A stretch of 64,000 nucleotides of DNA from assembly GCF_009914755.1 (NCBI RefSeq), contig NC_060932.1; one strand, 5' to 3'. The DNA is from the human T2T-CHM13v2.0 reference genome, Homo sapiens. The notes under the pieces were generated by a model that was not told the DNA's origin, searched no databases, and was given only the letters and a program-made list of their open reading frames with translations. Every line of letters begins with the position of its first letter. The stretch's first letter is position 1. Shown here piece by piece: positions 28,025 through 39,965 of the stretch. The position numbers and the translations under genes were made by a program.

Positions 28025-30061
28025 GATAAGAGAAAAACAGGAAATGACACTGGCAGGCCTATCACTTTTGGGCCTAAAGGAGAACTGCATGATTAAAAGA
28101 CAGAGTTAGTAAGAAAAGTTTATTTTTATTTTTATTTATTTTTTTTTAATCTTCATGAGATCTGGATAAAACTAGACAATTCCATTTGAAGACAGATTTT
28201 TTAAATCATGAATTGTGGTCAGTCTTTTCTGAACTAAAATCTTCAAGTCTTTTGAAATTCATTATTAACTGCTGACTATAATTCATCCAGTCAATTAACT
28301 TTGGCTTTGAAATTGTCATGACACAGGGGGCCCACCGCACATCAGGGTGGAACCTCTGTGCCATGCCTGATGGAAAAGAATAAATAGCCAGAATTAGGAA
28401 AGTATTTAACAACCCAAAATGGCTTTGCTCACAAAAGGATAGCATTATATGCCAAAATCTGTCTTCATTTGGGCTAACGCTAATAATGAAGTCTTCTGTA
28501 TTGCAGAAAGTAAAGTAGCAAGATGTTCCAATCTATTCTACTAAGAGGAGCTACATTGACTGAACAATTATGGTTTGATTAATAGAAGGGGATTATCTTG
28601 TCATAATGGGAGGACTGGCAACAGACCTATATTAATGACACTGTAATCATATCCACTGATTATATCAAGATCACCTGCCTCCTTTAGAATGACCACAAGA
28701 AATAGGTGGACCTGAGCCTGCAGAGGACAGAAGGCTCTAAACACAGTAAAAGCAGCATTGCCAACAGTTACTTCTTATTTTTCTTTCTCTTGTTGTTTAA
28801 TTCCTACTTTATTATTATATTTTTAATATCTGTGATTAGTCTCTGCAGGTAATTGGTAAGTTCTCAAGAAGGAACAACATAACGCACAGATCATTGTAGC
28901 TAAGTCATAGCACCTCCCCATTAATTGGTGCTCAAACAATGTTGAGTAATTTGAAAAGCATACAGATTATGAAGATGCAAATTATAATTATTAAAGAGTG
29001 ACATCAGCAAGACAGCAAAATAGGAAGCACCAGATCCTCCTTTCTCCAACAGTGACACTAATTTAACAATAATACAGAGACCAAATCCCTTTGTAAAAAA
29101 TTTAGAGACCAGTTAAGAGGCTCCCACACCCCAAGTAAGTACTAAATCAGCTAGCTGTGTCAAAGCCAGAAGAAAAATTTGTGGCACCCTGTCACCATAG
29201 CCTGTCTCTTAGCACAGATCCACATGATCAAGAGGAAATTCTCAGCTCCCAGCTTCTTCCTGAGCAAGGAAAGACAAGACTGATGATACATCCTACATTT
29301 TGAATCTTAGGGTGGGCTGCCCGGGATTGGTTTCTGTCTCACCTATCTTGGAGTGCTAATGGGACCTAGCATACTTAGATCCTGGGAGCCATAAAATCAA
29401 ACAAACAGAAAATCTGGGTAGCATGCTGTCGCTCCAGAGGACTGGTGGTACAGCAAACAGAGGCAAATACAGCTTGCCAACCTCTCCATCAAGAAGGAAA
29501 GTAAAGAGTGGAGCATGTGTCTAATGTTCCAGGTTTTATCTGGGCGAAGGAGGAGTTTGCCCAAGGGACTAGATTCGTTTTCACCCGTCTCAGACTGTGG
29601 GCAGTACCTCACATACTCTAGATGCCTGGGAGCCACTGAAAACTAAAAAGAGCAAGTAATATGCTGATTCTTCAGAGGACTCATGGTACAGTGGATAGAC
29701 ACCAAAGAGCAAGAGGTTATGAGCTCAACCACGAAAAAAAGCAAACTGGTGAATCCTTCTAATTAGGAATTTAAATGCCCAAGTTCAGAGAAGACACATC
29801 TACTGACAGATTTGAGAGAAGCAAGAATTTCTAGCAGGGCTGATTGAGGAAGACTTTTTTCTTGTATGAAGCTAGTCTGTAAAAACCAAGAGGAAGGATG
29901 TATTTATAAAATGAATGGATGCTAATACAAAGTTAAACAGAGCATAAAGAAACAGGGTAAACAGGGTGAGATAGCCCAATCAAAGAATCCAAATAAATCT
30001 CCAGAAACAACCCTGAGGAAATAGAAATACGTGAATTCAAATACTCATATAAGAAGAATAA

Positions 30062-30244
30062 GTCTGGGCATGGTGGTTCATGCCTGTAATCCCAGCATTT
30101 TTGGAAGCTTATATGGGAGGATCACTTGAGCTTAGGAAATTGAGGCTACAGTAAGCTATGATCACACCACTGCACTCCAGCTTAGGTGACAGTGAGACCT
30201 TGTTTTTTTTAGTGAGACCTAAAAAAAAGAAAAAACAAAACAAA
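30062..30244 (+). mobile_element. FRAM-like Alu monomer inserted in L1 ORF1
   Basis: ctgggcatggtggttcatgcctgtaatcccagc...ggaggatcacttgagcttaggaaattgaggctacagtaagctatgatcacaccactgcactccagc plus A-rich tail; single monomer. Confidence 0.85.
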
Positions 30245-30621
30245 GAATTCAAACTAACTGCCAAAAATATGTGTAATAAGCCCAGGAAATAATTGTTGAC
30301 AAACAAAATAAGAATTTCAATAAAGAGATAGAAAATATTTTTTCAAAAAGCAAACAGAAATGTTGAAGCAGAAGTGTGCAGTAACTGAACTGAAAAATTC
30401 ACTAACAGGATTCAATGACAGACAATAAAGCATAAGAAAGAATTAGTGACCTCAATGACAGGTCTTTGAAGATTATCCAGTCAGAGGAAAAATAAAAGAA
30501 TAAAAAATTAAAAGAGTAAAGAAAGCCTAGAAACCTATCACATACCATAAAGCAAAACAATATACACATTATGAGAGTCTCACAAAAAGAAGAATGGGAA
30601 AAAAGAAAGAAAGCTTATTTA

Positions 30622-30861
30622 GGCCAAGAATGGTGGCTCATGCCTGTAATCACAGCACTTTGGGAGGCCAAAGTGGGTAGATCATCTGAGATTAGGAGTC
30701 TGAAACCAGCCTGGCCAACCTGGTAAAACCCTGTCTCTACTAAAAATACAAAAACTAGCCAGGTGTGGTGGTGGGCTCCTGTAGTTCCAGCTACTTAGGA
30801 GGCAGAGATTGCAATGAGCCGAGATTGCACCACTGCACTCCAGTCTCAGTGACAGAGTGAG
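30622..30861 (+). mobile_element. AluSx-like element with ~32-bp deletion in the right arm
   Basis: ggccaagaatggtggctcatgcctgtaatc...gatcatctgagattaggagt...; TSD-like agaaagcttattta / agaaagaacattta. Confidence 0.93.
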
Positions 30862-30927
30862 GAAAGAAATAAAGAAGAAAGAAAAGAAAGAAGGGAAAGA
30901 AAGGAAAGAAGAAAGAAAGAAAGAAAG

Positions 30928-30982
<55 letters not shown>

Positions 30983-30983
30983 A
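30862..30983 (+). repeat. Compound (GAAA)n tetranucleotide STR derived from the Alu tail; 13 perfect units at 30929-30980
   Basis: Read directly. Confidence 0.95.
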
Positions 30984-33329
30984 CATTTAAAGATATAATG
31001 TCTGAAAATTTTCCAGATCTGGAGAAGAAAATGGACATCCAGATTAAAAAAGCCCAACGGTCTTAACGAGGAGGAATCCAAAGAAGTCAACACTGAATCA
31101 CATTGTAATCAAATTGTCAAATGCAAGGACATAATTTTCAAAGCAACATGAGAAAGTGACTTTTCGTGTACAAGAGAAACTCTATAAGACTATTAGTTTC
31201 TCAGCAGAAAACTTGTACAACAGGAAGTTAAATGATATATTCAAAGTTCTGAAAAAATAAAAACTGGCAACCAAGAATACTTATCCAGCAAAATTGTCTT
31301 TCAAAGTGAATCAGAGATAAAAACTTTCCCAGAAAACCAAAAGTTGAGGGACCTCATCACCACTAGACTTGCCTTGCAATAAATACAAAAGAGAGCCTCT
31401 CAAGAGGAAATGAAAGATGCTACCAGCAAAAAGAAAGCATATGAAAGTATAAAGCTCACTGTGAGAGGTAAATATATAAATACATAATCTTTTAAAACCA
31501 TTATAGTGATGTATAAATTATTTTTATTTCTAGCACAGAAGTTAAAAGACAAAAGTGTAAAACATAGCTATAATTATAAAATATGTTAATGGCCACACAA
31601 TACAAAAAGATGTACTTTGGGACATCAATAACATAAAGTGTGGGAGAGGATAAACATGTAGAGTTTTTGTAAATTATTGAAGTTGAGTTGCTATCAAAGT
31701 AGATTGTTATAAGTGTATGAGGTATGTATGCCCCATGATACTCACAAAGAAAATGTCTATAGGAAATAAAATAAAATGAAAAAGAAATCAAGCATGTCAC
31801 TATTTTAAAAATTAATGAAACACAAAGAAAGACAATAAGAGAGAAAAACAAATAAGGTACAAGACGAACAGAAAACAATTTTAAGTGGCAATTGTAAGTC
31901 CTTTCTTATTAAAAATTACTTTAAATGTATGGATTAAACTCTCTAACTACAAAATATAGAATGGCTGAATAATTTTTTTTAAAAAAAGAAACTCTAACTA
32001 TATGCTGTCTACAATGGTCAAGACTCATTTGGGATTTAAGAATACACATAGGCTGAAAGTATAAGCGTACAAAAAAGATATTCCAAGCAAATGGTATTCA
32101 AAAGAGAACAGGGGTGGCCATACTTACATCACACAAAATAGACTTTAAGTAAACACCTGTCCTAAGTAACAAAGGACATTACATAATGATAAAAGAGTCA
32201 ATCCACCAAGCAGATATAACAGTTATAAATCCAACATCAATCAGCTAAAGAAATGAAGCAAACACTGGCAAAACGGAAGGAAGAATTAAACAGCAACACA
32301 ATAATAGAAAGAGATTTCAGTACCCCATTGGATACTGGATATCCCCCATCGGATATTCCCCATAGATAGAACATCCAGATAGAAGACTGATAAGGAAACA
32401 GAGGACTTGAAAAACATATAGACCAAATGGGCCTAGCCAACATACACGGAACATTCCACCCAATAGCAGGAGAATACACAATCTTCTCAATTGCACATAG
32501 AACATTCTCCATGATAGATCTCAGGATCGGTTTTAAAACAAGTCTAACAAATTTAAGATTGAAATCATACCAAGTATCTTTTGATTTCTTGAATGAAAGA
32601 AGAAGCAGAAGAAAAACTGAAAATTTTATGTTACATGAAATTTAACACTCTTGAACAACCAACGAGTCAAAGAAAAAATCAAGAGGAAAATTCAAAAATA
32701 ACTTGACATTAATAAAATGAAAACATAAATTCCAAAACTTGTGAGCTTTGTCCAAAGCAGTATTCAGAGTGAAGTTTAGAGGAACAAACACCTAATTTAA
32801 AATAAATAACAATCTCAAATAAGCAACCTAAATTTACATCTCAGGGACCTAAAAAAGAAGAACAAATTAAGCTCTAAACTGGCAGAAGGAAATAAAGATT
32901 AGAACATAAATAAATAAATTGGAGAATAGAAAAAAAATGTAAAGTCAATGAAATTGAGTTGGCTTTTTGAAAAGATTAACAAAATTGACTAACCTTTAAA
33001 TAGATAAAAACATGAGATGACTCAAATAATTAAATTAAAAAGGAAAGAGAAGACATTACAACTGCTCCCACAAAAATTAAAAGGATTGAAAGAAACTCTA
33101 TTAACAAATATATGCCAACAATGAAAACATACAACCTACCAAAACTGAAGAATGAGAAAACAGAAAATCTCAACAGACACGTAACTAGTAAGGTGATTAA
33201 ATCACTAATCAAAAACCTCTCAATATAGAACATCCCAGGACTAGATGTCTTCACTGGTGAGTTCTATCAAACATTTAAAGGAGAATTTATACTAATCTGT
33301 CTCAAATAATTTTCAAAATTAAAGGGAAG

Positions 33330-33714
33330 TGTATTATTCTGTTTTCCCATTGCTAAAAGGAACTACTTGAGACTGTGTAATTTATGCAGGAGAGAGGTTT
33401 AATTAACTAAGAGTTAGTTCCACCAGATGTACAAGAGGCATGGCTAGGGAGGCTTCAGTAAACTTACAATCATGGAGGAAGGCAAAGGTGAAGCAGGCAC
33501 ATCTTCTCATGGGGACGTAGGAGAGACAGAGCCAAGGGAAAAGTGCTACACACTTAAACAACCAGATCTCATGAGAACTCACTCCCTCTCACGAGAACAG
33601 CAAGTGGAAAGTCACCTCCATGATCCAATCACCTCCCACCAGGCCTCTCCTCCAACACTGAGGATTACAATTCAACATAAGATTTGGGAAGGGACACAAA
33701 TCCAAACCATATCA
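33330..33714 (-). mobile_element. MSTA MaLR solo LTR inserted in L1 ORF2
   Basis: tgtattattctgttttcccattgct...gggacacaaatccaaaccatatca; 5-bp TSD ggaag / gtaag. Confidence 0.92.
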
Positions 33715-34848
33715 GTAAGGAACACTTCCAAATTTATTATGAGGTCAATATTACCCTTATACCAAAGCTAGATAAGGACACCACAAGAAAAGAAAACTAC
33801 AGGTCAATGTAACAGATGAACATAGATGCAAAAATCCTCAACCAGATACTAGCAAACTGAATTTAATGTCACGTTAAAAGGACCATACACCATGTCCAAC
33901 TGGGATTTATTCGTGCTGCAAGGTGGTTTCAACATATGAAAATCAATCCATGTGATATACCACATTATCCAAACAAAAGATAAAAAGCACACAATTACTT
34001 TGATAGGTTCAGGAAGTGAATTTGACAAATTCAACACCTTTTATGATAAAAATATCCAACCAACTGGGAATAGAAAGAAATTACATCAACATAATAAAGG
34101 CCACATATGAAAGCTTACAGGGAACAACATATTCAATGGTGAAAATTTAAATGGCTTTCTGCTGAGATCAAATGCAAGAGAAGGGTGACCACTCTTGCCA
34201 TTTCTATTCAACATAAAACTGGAAGTCCTAGCTAGAGTAACTGGGCAAATAAAAGAAATAAAAAAGCATCCATATCAGAAAGGAAGAAGTAAAGTTACCT
34301 CGATTCACAGATGACATTACCTTATATGTAGAAAACCCTACAGTTTCTACAAAAAAAAGGACTAATTTAAAAATTCAATAAGGTTGCAGTATACAAAATA
34401 AACATATACAAATCAGTGCTTTTCCCACCAAACACTAACAATCCAAAGATGAAATTTATAAAACAATCTCATTTAAAATAGCATAAAAATACTTATGAAT
34501 AAACTTAACCAAGGAGATGAAACACTGGTACACTAAAAATTATACAACATTGCTGAAATAAATCAAGATGACACGTATATGTCAAGACATCCCATGTTCC
34601 TGAATTGGAAAACTTAATATTGTTAAAATGTCCTTGTTACCTAAAGCAAACTACAGACTCAGTGCAATTCCTATCAAAATCCCAAAGACTATTTTTACAT
34701 AAACAAAAAAGAATTCTAAAATTCATATAAAATCACAACGAATCCCAAACAGTCAAAACATTCTTGATAAAGAAGAACAGAGCTGGAGGCCTTACACTTT
34801 CTTATTGCAAAACATTATAAAACTACTGTAATAAAAACCATATAGTAC

Positions 34849-35219
34849 TGTATTGGTCTGTTCTCATTCTTCTATGAAGAAACACCCGAGACTGGGTAAT
34901 TTTAAAAGAAAAGAAGTTTAATTGACTGATAGTTCCACATGGCTGGGAAGGCCTCAGGAAACTTAACAATCATGGTGGAAGGCAGAGGGAAAGAAAGGCA
35001 CCTTCTTCACATGGCAGCAGGAAGGAGAAATGCCGAGCAAAGAGAGGAAAGCCCCTTATCAGATCTCGTGAGAACTCACTCACTATAATGAGAACAGAAT
35101 GGGGGTAACCACCCCCATGATTCAATTACCTCTCACCGGGTCCCTCTCATGACCCATGGAGATTATGGGAACTACAAATCAAGATCAGATTTGGGAGGCA
35201 ACACAGCCAAACCACAACA
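34849..35219 (-). mobile_element. THE1C/D MaLR solo LTR inserted in L1 ORF2
   Basis: tgtattggtctgttctca...cacagccaaaccacaaca; perfect TSD agtac (34844-34848 / 35220-35224). Confidence 0.93.
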
Positions 35220-36496
35220 AGTACCATCATATAGACAGACATATAGACTAACAGAATACAGAGCCCAGAAATAAATGTACAAGAATACCCCATGTAAAAA
35301 TGAAAATCTATTCAAAAAGTTGCATTGAAAAACTGAATATCTACCTGCAGAAAAAATGAATTTGACTATTATATCACACCACAGACAAAAATCAACACAA
35401 AATTGATCAGACACTTAAATGTAAAACATAGAACTATAAAATTCCTAGAAGAAAACATGGGGAAAACCTCATGAAATTGGTCTTGGCAATGGATTCTTAG
35501 ATATGACACCAAAATCACAGGCAACTAAAGCAAAGATAGGCAAGTGGGACTACATCTAACTAAGAAAAGTTTGCATAGCAAAAGAAACAATCAACAGAGT
35601 GAAAAGACAAATTCCAGAATGGAAAAAATATTTGCAAAGTCATATATCTGATAAGTAGCTAATATCAAAAATATAAAAGGAACTTCCACAACTCAACAGC
35701 AAAAAATCCAGTTGAAAAAATGGGCAAAGGACTTGAATTGACATTTCTCCAAAAAGACATACAAATGGTCAACAAGTATATGAAGATATGTTCAACATCA
35801 CTAATTATCAGAGCAATGCAAATAGAAACCACAATAAGACATCACCTTACATCTTTTAGGATAGTTGTTACAGACAAAAAAATTGAAAACTGTGAGGATT
35901 AGAAAACTTGGAATTCTTGTGCACTATTGGTGGAATGCAAAATGGAAACGATGTTACCAAAAACAATATGGAATTTCTTTAGAAATCAAAAAGAGAATTA
36001 CTATATGGTCCAGCAATTCTAATACTGTATATTTATCCAAAAATGTTAAAATCAGGATCTCGAAGAGATGTTTGCATGCCCATGCTCATTGCAGCATTAT
36101 TAATGATAGCCAAGAGTTGAAAACAACCTATATGTCCATTGATGGATGAATGAATAAAGAAAATGTGATATATACATGCAATGGAATATTATTCAGCCAT
36201 AAAAAAGAAGTAAATCCCATCATAGGCTACAACATGGCTAAACCTTGAGGACATTATGCTAAGTGAAATAGGCACAGAAAGACAAATATTTCATGATTCC
36301 ACTTCTTATGTGTGGTATCTAAAGTAGTCAAAGTCATAGAAGCACAAAGTAGATTGATGATTGTCAGGGACTGGGAGGAAGGAGATATGGGAATTTGCTG
36401 TTCAATGGGTATAAAGTTTAAGACATGTAAGATAAAATAGTTCTAGAGATCTCTTGTACAACATTGTACCTGTAGTTAATAACATAGTGTATATCT

Positions 36497-37331
36497 TGGG
36501 ATATTGTGATACAATAAGAAATATATCTTTGGTCTTTGTCCCTGGTTTCTTATACACAGCTCCTAAAATCTTTGAAATCTCTCAAATAATAAGTGTATTT
36601 TTGGACGCTAAGGTATAACTGATGGCTGGGGACTGCAAGATAGCTTCAGGATGGGAGGACTTTTTGGCAGGGGAATCAACCATGATTAGAGGTTTGGAAT
36701 TTTCAGCCTCACCCCTTGACTACCTAGGAAGGTTGAGGAGCTGAGGGTTGAGTTGATCACTATGGCCAATTATTTAATCAGTGATGCCTATGTAATGAAG
36801 TCGCCATAGAAATTCAGAAGGACAGGGTTCAAGAGTTTCCAGGCATCTAAACAACCTCAAAGGTTGTCTGCCCAGAGGAGTCATGGAAGCTTCTCGTCCC
36901 ATCTTCCAAATCTCGCCCTATGCATCTCTTCCTTCTGGTTCTTCATTTAAACCCTGTGTAATATCTGTTATAATAAATTGGTTAACATAAGTAAAGTGTT
37001 TCCCTGAGTTCTGTGAGCCACTCTAGCAAATTAAACTTACTCAAGGAAGGGGACATGGGAACCCCAATTGATAGCCAGTTAGATGTACAGGTCACAACCT
37101 GGGCCTTGAGACTGGTATCTGAAGTGGTGAAATAGGGCAGGGGTGGGGGGAAGTTTCGTGGGACTAAGCCCTTAACCTGAGGGAGTTCGTGCTGTCTCAG
37201 GTAGATAGTATAAGAATTGAATGATAGGACACACAGCTGGAGTCCACTGGAGAATCTGGTGTCAGAAGTGCTGTGTTCAGTGGTTATGTGAGAGTAGAAA
37301 AAGTGCTGTTTTGTTTTTCAATTTTCTATTA
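36497..37331 (+). mobile_element. MER21 (MER21A/B-like) solo LTR inserted in the L1 3'UTR
   Basis: tgggatattgtgatacaataagaaatatatctttggtc...gtaaagtgtttccctgagttctgtgagccactctagcaaatta...ggtagatagtataagaattgaat. Confidence 0.88.
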
Positions 37332-38239
37332 ATTTACAATTTTGCTAAGACGGTAGATCTCACGTTATATAGTTTTTACCATAATAATAAAAAAAGAATA
37401 AAAGGATTAAAAATTGTGATAAGAATTAATGGGATAAATATAGGTTTACTGCTAAAATTTTGAAACTCAATAAAGAGAAGACATCCCTAAAATATGGAAA
37501 CAATAAAATTAAAACAAAGAAAACAGCAACCTATATAAATGATTGAATTACCTTCAGGAAGTGGTTATTGGAAAATGTAACTCAGGTGAAAAATATACAT
37601 AAGTCCAAGAAGCATTTCAATAAATTATCAGATAATAACCTCAGATGAAATTAATAAAAATCACATTTTTAAAAATTATTTGAAGTTAACATTATAGTGG
37701 ATAATGTGCTCTCTTAAAAATAAAAATGCTTTCTGATGAACTTGACCTCTGTGTAGTTCCGCAAGTTTTATAGCAAGGTCACTTAGACAAGCTAAAGAAA
37801 AAGCCAGGGAGGATAATACTGACACTAACACAGATGAAGTAAAGAAAGAATCTTTCCAGCACTTGAAAAGTTTTGTGCTCAAAAGTGCTGATGACACAGC
37901 AGGAATGAAACCTCTGTCCCTGAAGCTAAGGTCTGGTTAATATTTCATGGAGTCACTGCTCTTCAGAAGTAACCAAATTAATTCAGTGGCTGCACTGAGA
38001 TCTGAGAACACACAACTTCCTCACATACACACTTTACAGAGCCCCGGCTCCCTGGGAAAGCTGCTGGAGTTCTGTCAACACAGGGGAGTTACCAGTGGAA
38101 GATTCTGTAATGTCATGCTGGTAGTAAACAAAAGTGAGGACCATACTTTGTAGAACATCCCCAGGAAAGCTAATACATCCCACATGGACTCCAGAATCCT
38201 GTCAATGGTAGAATTTCAACTTTGAATATTATTTATTTA

Positions 38240-38450
38240 TTTGTTAGTTTGATTTAGGAGCAGTTCCCACTTTTCAGATAAAGTTCTATTTGGAAATCCA
38301 GTATATCAAACTGGAAATAGTTCTAAGCTGAATGAAATGGGCTGGGGAGGGTAGAGCTCTGCTTACCTTCCTTGGATCTCATGTCCCCATAGTGGCGCCA
38401 ACATTTTTGCTGAGTTCTAGGGCTTCATAGAACACAATTTAAAAAGGAAT
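38240..38450. mobile_element. hAT-Charlie MITE remnant (MER103C-like)
   Basis: ctagggcttcatagaacacaatttaaaaag and cttttcagataaagttctatttggaaatccagtatatcaaac resemble the recalled consensus. Confidence 0.45.
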
Positions 38451-38999
38451 ACATATTAACTACTTATATGAAGCTTTCAACAAAATTTTTGGAAGTTTAG
38501 AATGAAGATTAGTAAGTATTTTCACATAAATGAAATCAAAGCTAGATAATATTCACCATAATTTTTAAGAAAAGACACATTCCTAATTGTCAACCAACCT
38601 GGTATATAGCTGACCTGGGAAAAGTTGTGGAATACAATATATAGAAAAGTTGATTTAACTATTTGAATTGATTCAAGAAATATTTAATAGCATCTTTGAC
38701 CCACTTGGCATGGACAAATCCTGGGAATATATAGCTTATAGAGCCCAGACTCCATCAGTTTTTATGTACAAAATTGGGTCATATTGATTACATATCTTAT
38801 AAATCTAAACATTTTTGGACCCACCAGCTTGATTTGCAGAAGTCCACTTGTTTTCTAGAAGATTCTCTCAGATATTGCTAGAAATTCCTTGGGATGCTTT
38901 CATGATGACTACCTAGCATATCTGGTTATCTCTGTCTTCCTGCCAGTGTGGTGGAAACTCACATACAGTCCTGAAGGCTTCAAATCACAAAACAGACTA

Positions 39000-39036
39000 C
39001 ACACATACACACACACACGCACACACACACACACAC
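39000..39036. repeat. Interrupted (CA)n microsatellite
   Basis: acacatacacacacacacgcacacacacacacacac. Confidence 0.9.
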
Positions 39037-39844
39037 CTCTATTGTTTAAGTCAAGCATAGTCTATGATGCTAATGAGAATAGGATACACCTTTTTTTTTG
39101 TTGGAGTTGCCAAATCATTCTGAGCGTATGTGATCTTGATCCCTCTTAGTCCACAGGGATGTGCCTTCTCTCACTGGCTTTATGCAGAGTTAATTACACA
39201 GGCAATTATGAATCCAAAAGGTGAGGGGTAAAGTGTGCCTGGCTTTTGCTTTGCACTTAATGAGAGGGGTGATTGTAGCAGTCAACCCTAGCCCACCGAA
39301 GGACGAGGTGCTGGGAAATGGAATGGAGGCTCACGCTCACTTGCCTGCTTCTTCCTGGCTTAGGGTCCCTCTGTGCTTGTACAAAACACACGAGAAACTG
39401 TTTCATACAGAAGGGAGGAGAAACCAGAAAGAGGAGGCAAGAGGAAGGCAATGGAAAAAAGAATTACAAAGAAGAAAAAAATGGAGAAAGAAAAGCGTAT
39501 AGGACATTTTGCAATAAACTGAGAAACAATGAAAATCTAAACCTAAGAGTGGAAGGAATTGAGAAGCGGCTAAAATCTGGGTAAAACCTTGAGATATAAC
39601 ACAGTTCAACTGAAAAGAGCATATAGTTCATAAGCAAAACTTGTCATTGTGATTACATGTTACTGAGTTTTGTGATGTAGTCAAGATGGCAAGAAATTCA
39701 AAAGCCTTTTTTTTTTTTGACAGAGAGAGAAGTCTGAGGCTTTTATGAATCCAAGGAGAAGGTTTTCTTCAAGAGTGTTATGAACTGTGGAGTCAATGAC
39801 TTTCAATGACTTTGTGGCTATAAAACCATCTCGGGTTCCTTGGA

Positions 39845-39965
39845 GCCTGGCTACTCCAAGAGTAATATGTGGACTAGCAGCATCTGGGAATTTGTTATAA
39901 ATGCTGAATTTCAGGCCCCACCCCATACCTTCTGAATAGGGCATATTATAGTTTGAGAAACACTG
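39845..39965. mobile_element. MER5A, internally deleted
   Basis: ggactagcagcatctgggaatttgttataaatgctgaatttcaggccccacccc...agtttgagaaacactg. Confidence 0.75.

Larger units (their letters stand above)
28995..37400 (+). mobile_element. Near-full-length ancient L1 (L1MB1/2- or late L1MA-type): 5'UTR, ORF1, ORF2 and 3'UTR, all inactivated, with five nested insertions
   Basis: 5' gagtgacatcagcaagacagcaaaataggaag; ORF1 remnant [25 protein letters not shown]; ORF2 remnants (IHGTFHPIAGEYTIFS, KDIQMVNKYMKICSTSLIIRAMQIETT); 3'UTR ttcaatgggtataaagttt...ttctagagatct... resuming after MER21 as ttttgctaagacggtagatctcacgtta...A-tail. Confidence 0.9.

Noticed and set aside
30682-31093. ORFs with FFLS and KKER repeats
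   Set aside because: Frames through the (GAAA)n microsatellite, Alu and a dead L1 ORF1 remnant.
31800-36200. L1 ORF2 peptides as an active reverse transcriptase or domesticated gene
   Set aside because: Numerous stops and frameshifts plus two LTR insertions; only fragments under 100 aa remain open.
37545-37640. Possible L3/CR1 3' remnant
   Set aside because: Similarity too short and decayed to support without an HMM search.
39221-39609. Four overlapping ORFs on both strands
   Set aside because: Purine-rich low-complexity sequence depleted of stop codons; no recognisable domain or splice structure.
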